Source: a virus (lineage: Duplodnaviria > Caudoviricetes). From it: a stretch of 30,810 bases of DNA. The notes beneath the pieces are model-generated. The model was given only the letters and a program-made list of their open reading frames with translations, made no database searches and was not told where the DNA came from. Numbering within the stretch: position 1 is the first letter of the stretch; each line of letters begins with the position of its first letter. The stretch is from positions 1-30,810 of the IMG/VR virus record IMGVR_UViG_3300030708_000581. One strand, written 5' to 3'. A program made the position numbers and the translations under genes. Below are positions 26,770 through 30,810 of this stretch, piece by piece.

Positions 26770-26921
26770 AAATGTCCGTCTTTTCTTTGACGGGTTGGAT
26801 CGTTGCAGGCGGCGCGGTCACGCTGCTGTTGTGCAGTTCAATGCTGATTTTCATCGCCGGTTATACAGCTGGCGAGAGCGCATGTGGCCAGGCATCATCG
26901 GGCCGTCTGTCGGTGCCCTGA
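26766..26921 (+). CDS. 51-aa single-TM protein (holin/spanin-like candidate)
   Basis: MKMSVFSLTGWIVAGGAVTLLLCSSMLIFIAGYTAG...; ATGA coupling; stop 2 nt before the peptidase GTG. Not in the ORF track. Confidence 0.6.
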   Translation: MKMSVFSLTGWIVAGGAVTLLLCSSMLIFIAGYTAGESACGQASSGRLSVP

Positions 26922-26923
26922 GC

Positions 26924-27631
26924 GTGCTCAGCCTGCTGCCCTTCTTCCAACATTTCAGGGATGATTCGCCCTATCACCTGGCTGGCGTTGCGGCCCTACA
27001 AGAGGCCATGCCTGCTGAGCTTCTGCAGGAGGACAGTCTCTGGTTCGAGGCGTGGCGTGCTGCAGGGATTGACGAAGAGGTTTACGTTCCCTACTTCAAG
27101 CAAACCGACAACGGCCCCGACGGCTGGCGTGATTGTTTCGCCTCCTCCGCCGCCATGCTCGCAGCCAGCGCCCATCTGGTCGGTAGCGATAACGAGTACA
27201 TCTGGCACCTATCCAAGTTTGGGGACACCACCAGCGTCAACGCGCAGCTCCGCACGCTTCGGTTCCTGGGCCTGGATGTGGAGTTCACTCAGGAGGGCAA
27301 TCCGGAGATGATCGCGGAGGCCATCTCTCGGGGATCGGCGGTCCTCGTGGGTTGGTATCACGAAGGCGATTTGACCAGAGGCGAGCCACCAATGTGCTCC
27401 GGCACCACCTGCGGCCATTGGTCCGTGATCACAGGCGTGCAGGGACGGCACAGCCCCGTCGGCGATCAGTATTACGTCATGCACGATCCGATGGGCTTTC
27501 CGCTCATGGAAAAGGGCGGCCATGACCAATCAAGGTCTGGCAAGTCAGTCCGGGTGCGTCAGTCCGAGTTCAACTACAGGTGGCTGATTGAAGGGCCAGA
27601 TTCCGGTTGGATGATCACTATTAGGCCATAA
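26924..27631 (+). CDS. C39-like cysteine peptidase, probable endolysin
   Basis: VPYFKQ.DN...DCFASSAAM (Q, C), GHWSVITG (H), VMHDP (D). Start likely GTG 26924 (or ATG 26882) rather than 26726. Confidence 0.8.
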   Translation: MLSLLPFFQHFRDDSPYHLAGVAALQEAMPAELLQEDSLWFEAWRAAGIDEEVYVPYFKQTDNGPDGWRDCFASSAAMLAASAHLVGSDNEYIWHLSKFGDTTSVNAQLRTLRFLGLDVEFTQEGNPEMIAEAISRGSAVLVGWYHEGDLTRGEPPMCSGTTCGHWSVITGVQGRHSPVGDQYYVMHDPMGFPLMEKGGHDQSRSGKSVRVRQSEFNYRWLIEGPDSGWMITIRP

Positions 27632-27646
27632 CCATGCGGAGGCCCT

Positions 27647-27859
27647 ATGTCTTTCGACTGGATGATCATCAAGCCATCAGCTGAAGAATCCTTCGAGACT
27701 GAGAAGATGGTGCGATCAATTATGAGCACCGACGACGTGGCAGAGCTTCAGGGCCTCTGTGTGAGCCTTACTCGCCAGAACCGTCAGACGGCGCTTCTTC
27801 TGCAGCAGGCGGTGGGTCGGATCGCTGAGATGGACTGTCAGGGGTTCCGCGGCGTTTGA
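27647..27859 (+). CDS. hypothetical helical protein
   Basis: 70 aa; GGAGG RBS; coiled-coil-like. Confidence 0.7.
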   Translation: MSFDWMIIKPSAEESFETEKMVRSIMSTDDVAELQGLCVSLTRQNRQTALLLQQAVGRIAEMDCQGFRGV

Positions 27860-28001
27860 TGCCCAGGCGGTCGGCCTTAATCGCCGCCAACAGCTTGGTG
27901 TAGTGGTCCTGGCCTGCCAAAAAGGGCGAGAAAAACTCGCCCTCCAAGATCAGCCCCATTTTGTCCAGCTCTCGAAAGGCTTGGAGTTCAGGGCCTGCCA
28001 T
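27768..28001 (-). CDS. hypothetical protein
   Basis: 77 aa; TGATG coupling to the SSB-like gene. Confidence 0.6.
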   Translation of the reverse strand: MAGPELQAFRELDKMGLILEGEFFSPFLAGQDHYTKLLAAIKADRLGIKRRGTPDSPSQRSDPPPAAEEAPSDGSGE

Positions 28002-28351
28002 CAGAACGGGATGTCGTCGCTGACGGGCTGCGTGGCTTTGGCCTTATGTACCGGGGGGCAAATAGTGCCGTACCACCCGTCATCGTCTTCTTTGCCAGGC
28101 TTGGCATTGAACCCAGCTGCGATGGCGGTATAGGTTTTGTTTTCTTTGGTGTCAAAGTCCCAAACCTGCATTTCTTTGTGCATGTCGGGATCATCAGCAA
28201 GGTTCATCAGGTGTTGGCAGAAAGCCGGGACTGATTCAAGGGGAATCCTGAGCACCAACCTTTTGCCGCCAGGGTTGTACTTGTGGTCTGCGTCGTTTTC
28301 ATAAATGCTCCATTTGCCGGAGACGGGCAGAGCAGGGTTGAAATCAGCCAT
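28001..28351 (-). CDS. putative single-stranded DNA-binding protein
   Basis: 116 aa from MADFNPALP; acidic C-terminal SDDIPF tail as in bacterial SSB; downstream of the recombinase. Confidence 0.55.
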   Translation of the reverse strand: MADFNPALPVSGKWSIYENDADHKYNPGGKRLVLRIPLESVPAFCQHLMNLADDPDMHKEMQVWDFDTKENKTYTAIAAGFNAKPGKEDDDGWYGTICPPVHKAKATQPVSDDIPF

Positions 28352-28595
28352 TGATTTTGTCGGGGGTGATGGAGTGTTCCAGCTCAAAGGCCAAAACGTC
28401 ATGGAGCTTGTATCGGACCAAAGGGATCCGGGGGCCAAAGGCCAGCCGGGGCACCTTGTAGAAAACAGGGCCTGTGCCGTGCCTGCGATACCGGGCCAGC
28501 GTCTGGGGGTGTTTCCCCCAGCGTTGCGCTAGCTGCTGTTCAGTGAAAAAGGGGCCGGCGTACTCCGGGTCATATTTGGCCTCATTCATGGTCAT
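28344..28595 (-). CDS. MerR/AlpA-type HTH protein (excisionase-like)
   Basis: FTEQQLAQRWGKHPQTLARYR..GTGP.FYK...VRY...DV..FE. Confidence 0.8.
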   Translation of the reverse strand: MTMNEAKYDPEYAGPFFTEQQLAQRWGKHPQTLARYRRHGTGPVFYKVPRLAFGPRIPLVRYKLHDVLAFELEHSITPDKING

Positions 28596-29284
28596 GCGGT
28601 TGCAGCGTTCTCAAAATGTTGTTGACGTTCCTGCAGCAACTTGAGGAGATCAGCTTTCTGAACATCGTTCAGCTTCATCTTTTGACCTTTGCTGTTGATG
28701 CCTTGACGAATCCTTGCTGCTGAAGCCACCCAATCGGTTTTTGGCCCAGCGTTCATAAGCGCGGTTTTAGTCGTCCAGAAGTCGCCTGATTGAACTTCTT
28801 CTTTCAGTAGCTTTTCCGTGCGCTTGTACTCCGGGCTAGGGCTTGGCCGCGGCGTTGGTGCAGGCTCTGAGCCACGGGTCAGGTTCTCGGCGTTCTCTTC
28901 CTTGTCATACAAGGGCAAGCCGAACTGATTGCCAAATGTCCGCAAGGCCCGTTTGATGGCGTCGGTTTCTGCGCTCTTGACGGCGTTTTCGTGGTCGTTG
29001 CCGTTGTCACCACCCCAGCCCTCACGGGTCACACCACCGGCACGAATACGAACGCGGGCGATGTAGGTGATGGGTTGTTCCTTCACACATTCCATGTGAA
29101 CGGTTTCGCAGCTCCAGCCATCGAAGCCAAAAATTCGGTTTGCCTCAGCAATGGCGTGTTCACCGGAGATGTAGTCAAGCTTGCGACCACCGGCACCTTT
29201 GCGCTGTTTGACGTTGTTGAGGTCAAGCGGCGCAGACAGGGCATCTTTGGCGGCTTGATCCAGAAGGATTGTTGACATGTCCAT
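28592..29284 (-). CDS. Rad52/Sak-family single-strand annealing protein
   Basis: LDYISG..AIAEANRIFGFDGWS...REGWG...AVKSAETDAIKRALRTFGNQFGL.LYDK. Confidence 0.92.
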   Translation of the reverse strand: MDMSTILLDQAAKDALSAPLDLNNVKQRKGAGGRKLDYISGEHAIAEANRIFGFDGWSCETVHMECVKEQPITYIARVRIRAGGVTREGWGGDNGNDHENAVKSAETDAIKRALRTFGNQFGLPLYDKEENAENLTRGSEPAPTPRPSPSPEYKRTEKLLKEEVQSGDFWTTKTALMNAGPKTDWVASAARIRQGINSKGQKMKLNDVQKADLLKLLQERQQHFENAATA

Positions 29285-30057
29285 CAGTTGAAAGCCCAGG
29301 AGGGCAGTGAAAGGGTTTGAGGTTCAAGCGGGGTGTAACCCGGCCAGTCGTTGAAAACTTGACAGTTGGCGATCAGGTCCAGGGCCTTGCGGCGTAGGTA
29401 ACGGCCTTCTGCGATTGCGTCGTCGTCGAGTTCATAAACGCCGATCTGGAAAGGCGGCTCACGTTCAACAACGACAAAAACAAACCGCTGCATCCCGGAC
29501 ATTTCCAGATAGTGAGCGGCCTGCAGGTGATACGAAAAATTGGCCACCTGTTTGGCAAAGTTGGCCGGACTTGCTCCACCAGCGGCCACCGTCTTCAGAT
29601 CGACGATGGTGTCGTTTTCGGTGATCCAATCCAGTCGAGCCTTCATCGGCAAGGCTGTTCGGTCGTCTTCACTGAAGAAAGACTGCTCAGCCAAGCCATC
29701 AACAAAGAGGCTGTTGCACAGAAGATTGCCGCTGACGGCGTGATTCATGCCCAGGGCCTTTTCGTACTGGGCCAGGGTGATGGGTTGCCGCCCGCTTTCA
29801 ATGGCTTCTTTGGCCTCTTCCTTGCCTGCTTTGGTGTTGCGTGGGCCGCACACCTTGTAGGTGCTGTTGAACTTGTCAGGTTCAAGGATGAAAGCATGAG
29901 CCAAGGTGCCTTCGATCATCTGAGGGCTGGGCTTCCGTTCAGCCCGCCCGCCCTGGTGCTTCATCCAGTGGAGAAGCTCAGGGGACTCCAGGGCCTGCTT
30001 CATGTCGCTCTGGCTGTAGCCAGGGTTGCTGAAGTATTCGGCTTCAGAGACGTTCAT
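29284..30057 (-). CDS. RecE/exonuclease VIII-like PD-(D/E)xK nuclease (DUF3799-like)
   Basis: GTLAHAFILEP, KARLDW...IVDLKT, YHLQAAHY, FVFVVVEREPP and WPGY; start reassigned to ATG 30057 (TGATG coupling). Confidence 0.9.
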   Translation of the reverse strand: MNVSEAEYFSNPGYSQSDMKQALESPELLHWMKHQGGRAERKPSPQMIEGTLAHAFILEPDKFNSTYKVCGPRNTKAGKEEAKEAIESGRQPITLAQYEKALGMNHAVSGNLLCNSLFVDGLAEQSFFSEDDRTALPMKARLDWITENDTIVDLKTVAAGGASPANFAKQVANFSYHLQAAHYLEMSGMQRFVFVVVEREPPFQIGVYELDDDAIAEGRYLRRKALDLIANCQVFNDWPGYTPLEPQTLSLPSWAFN

Positions 30058-30305
30058 CAGACGTCCCCCCGGTCCCAATGGATTGAGCCAGGGCCATACA
30101 TGCCCTGAAGCTCAGGCCAGGTGCGCAGGATCTTGCCCACGTTGTCCGGGTCAGCAATCAGGCCAGCGGTGGCCAGCTTCTGCATGAAACTGCCGCCGTG
30201 GACCTGGGCGATCTGGAACATGCGATAAATTTCGCTTTGGGTCATTTCGGGCTTAGAGTCTGATTGGGCAGATTCCAGCAGCAATGCCAGGGGTGGTTGT
30301 CGCAC
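30057..30305 (-). CDS. hypothetical protein
   Basis: GGSFMQKLA.A...AD..N...I...WPE motif; AGGAGG upstream of GTG 30305 (alternative ATG 30245). Confidence 0.7.
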   Translation of the reverse strand: MRQPPLALLLESAQSDSKPEMTQSEIYRMFQIAQVHGGSFMQKLATAGLIADPDNVGKILRTWPELQGMYGPGSIHWDRGDV

Positions 30306-30319
30306 TGGGGTTTGTCCTC

Positions 30320-30583
30320 CTATTTGAAAATCAGTTGGTCTAAGCCGGTGCGTTCTGCGGCATCAAAAAAAATCCGCCGGAACGTAGCCGAAGTTGAAAC
30401 TGTTGGGTTGGCAGGATCGGGACTGACTGTCATCCCCAATCGTTCGCTGATGATTTCCTGCGATTGCAGATAGTTCAAAGGGGTTATGGGATCTAGGTCA
30501 GAGCAATGCTCAGCCCTAATCAGCTCCATGGTCGCCATTAGTTTCTCCATAAATGTCGGAGGTATTTCCAGCTGATCGGTCAT
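30320..30583 (-). CDS. hypothetical protein
   Basis: 87 aa from MTDQLEIPP; ATGA coupling with the upstream gene. Confidence 0.6.
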   Translation of the reverse strand: MTDQLEIPPTFMEKLMATMELIRAEHCSDLDPITPLNYLQSQEIISERLGMTVSPDPANPTVSTSATFRRIFFDAAERTGLDQLIFK

Positions 30584-30780
30584 CGCTGCAGCTCCTCGCA
30601 GGCGGCCTGCACGCCTAGGCGGCAATCGCGTTCCGTCATCTGGTCAAGGGTGCCTGTGATGGACACCCAGAAGGCACCGCCGAACAGCAGGCAGAACAGA
30701 ACGGTGAAGACTGGACCGAACCACTGCGGGCTCTGGGGCCGGGCGTAGAGCCGGGCGGTTTCGTAGCGGAGTTGTTTCAT
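30580..30780 (-). CDS. small membrane protein
   Basis: 66 aa; TM segment VFTVLFCLLFGGAFWVSI; C-terminal DC..G...AC. Confidence 0.7.
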   Translation of the reverse strand: MKQLRYETARLYARPQSPQWFGPVFTVLFCLLFGGAFWVSITGTLDQMTERDCRLGVQAACEELQR

Positions 30781-30791
30781 GGGATTAGGGG

Positions 30792-30810
30792 AAAAGGCCC
30801 CCGAAGGGGC
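30792..30810 (-). terminator. terminator-like UUCG hairpin (cut by window edge)
   Basis: Minus strand reads GCCCC-TTCG-GGGGC-CTTTT. Confidence 0.55.

Noticed and set aside
26726-26881. Long N-terminus of the peptidase ORF
   Set aside because: The region is occupied by two small coupled ORFs in other frames.
29512-30108. 198-aa plus-strand ORF and other antisense ORFs in the track
   Set aside because: They are shadow frames of well-supported genes and have no motifs or RBS.
1-30810. CRISPR array, tRNA, rRNA, IS element, integrase, or photosynthesis genes
   Set aside because: None seen by eye; the window is almost fully coding with very short gaps. A tRNAscan/Rfam scan would confirm.

Overview
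Phage DNA throughout. It is most likely a siphovirus of marine picocyanobacteria (Synechococcus/Prochlorococcus type); the host is inferred from gene content. 1-23.4 kb (+): virion morphogenesis. This comprises a MuF/SPP1-gp7 head protein with a C-terminal HExxH metallopeptidase extension, a chain of Lys-rich micro-proteins, scaffold, major capsid, head-tail joining genes, tail tube, a tail chaperone with a -1 frameshift, tape measure, a lambda-like M-L-K-I-J tail tip and several fibre genes ending in an S74-chaperoned fibre. 23.4-26.6 kb: an accessory host-envelope region with a small outer-membrane beta-barrel, a candidate Yfr1-like small RNA directly behind it, and an inverted cluster of three signal-peptide proteins, one with a TolC/OEP-like strand-helix motif. 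26.6-27.9 kb (+): probable lysis cassette with a C39-like peptidase. 27.8-30.8 kb (-): early recombination module (RecE-like nuclease, Rad52/Sak, HTH/Xis-like, SSB-like). The best candidate for an undescribed system is a phage mimic of the cyanobacterial porin-repressing sRNA Yfr1 coupled to a phage-encoded OMP. All family assignments come from motif recognition by eye; no searches were run.
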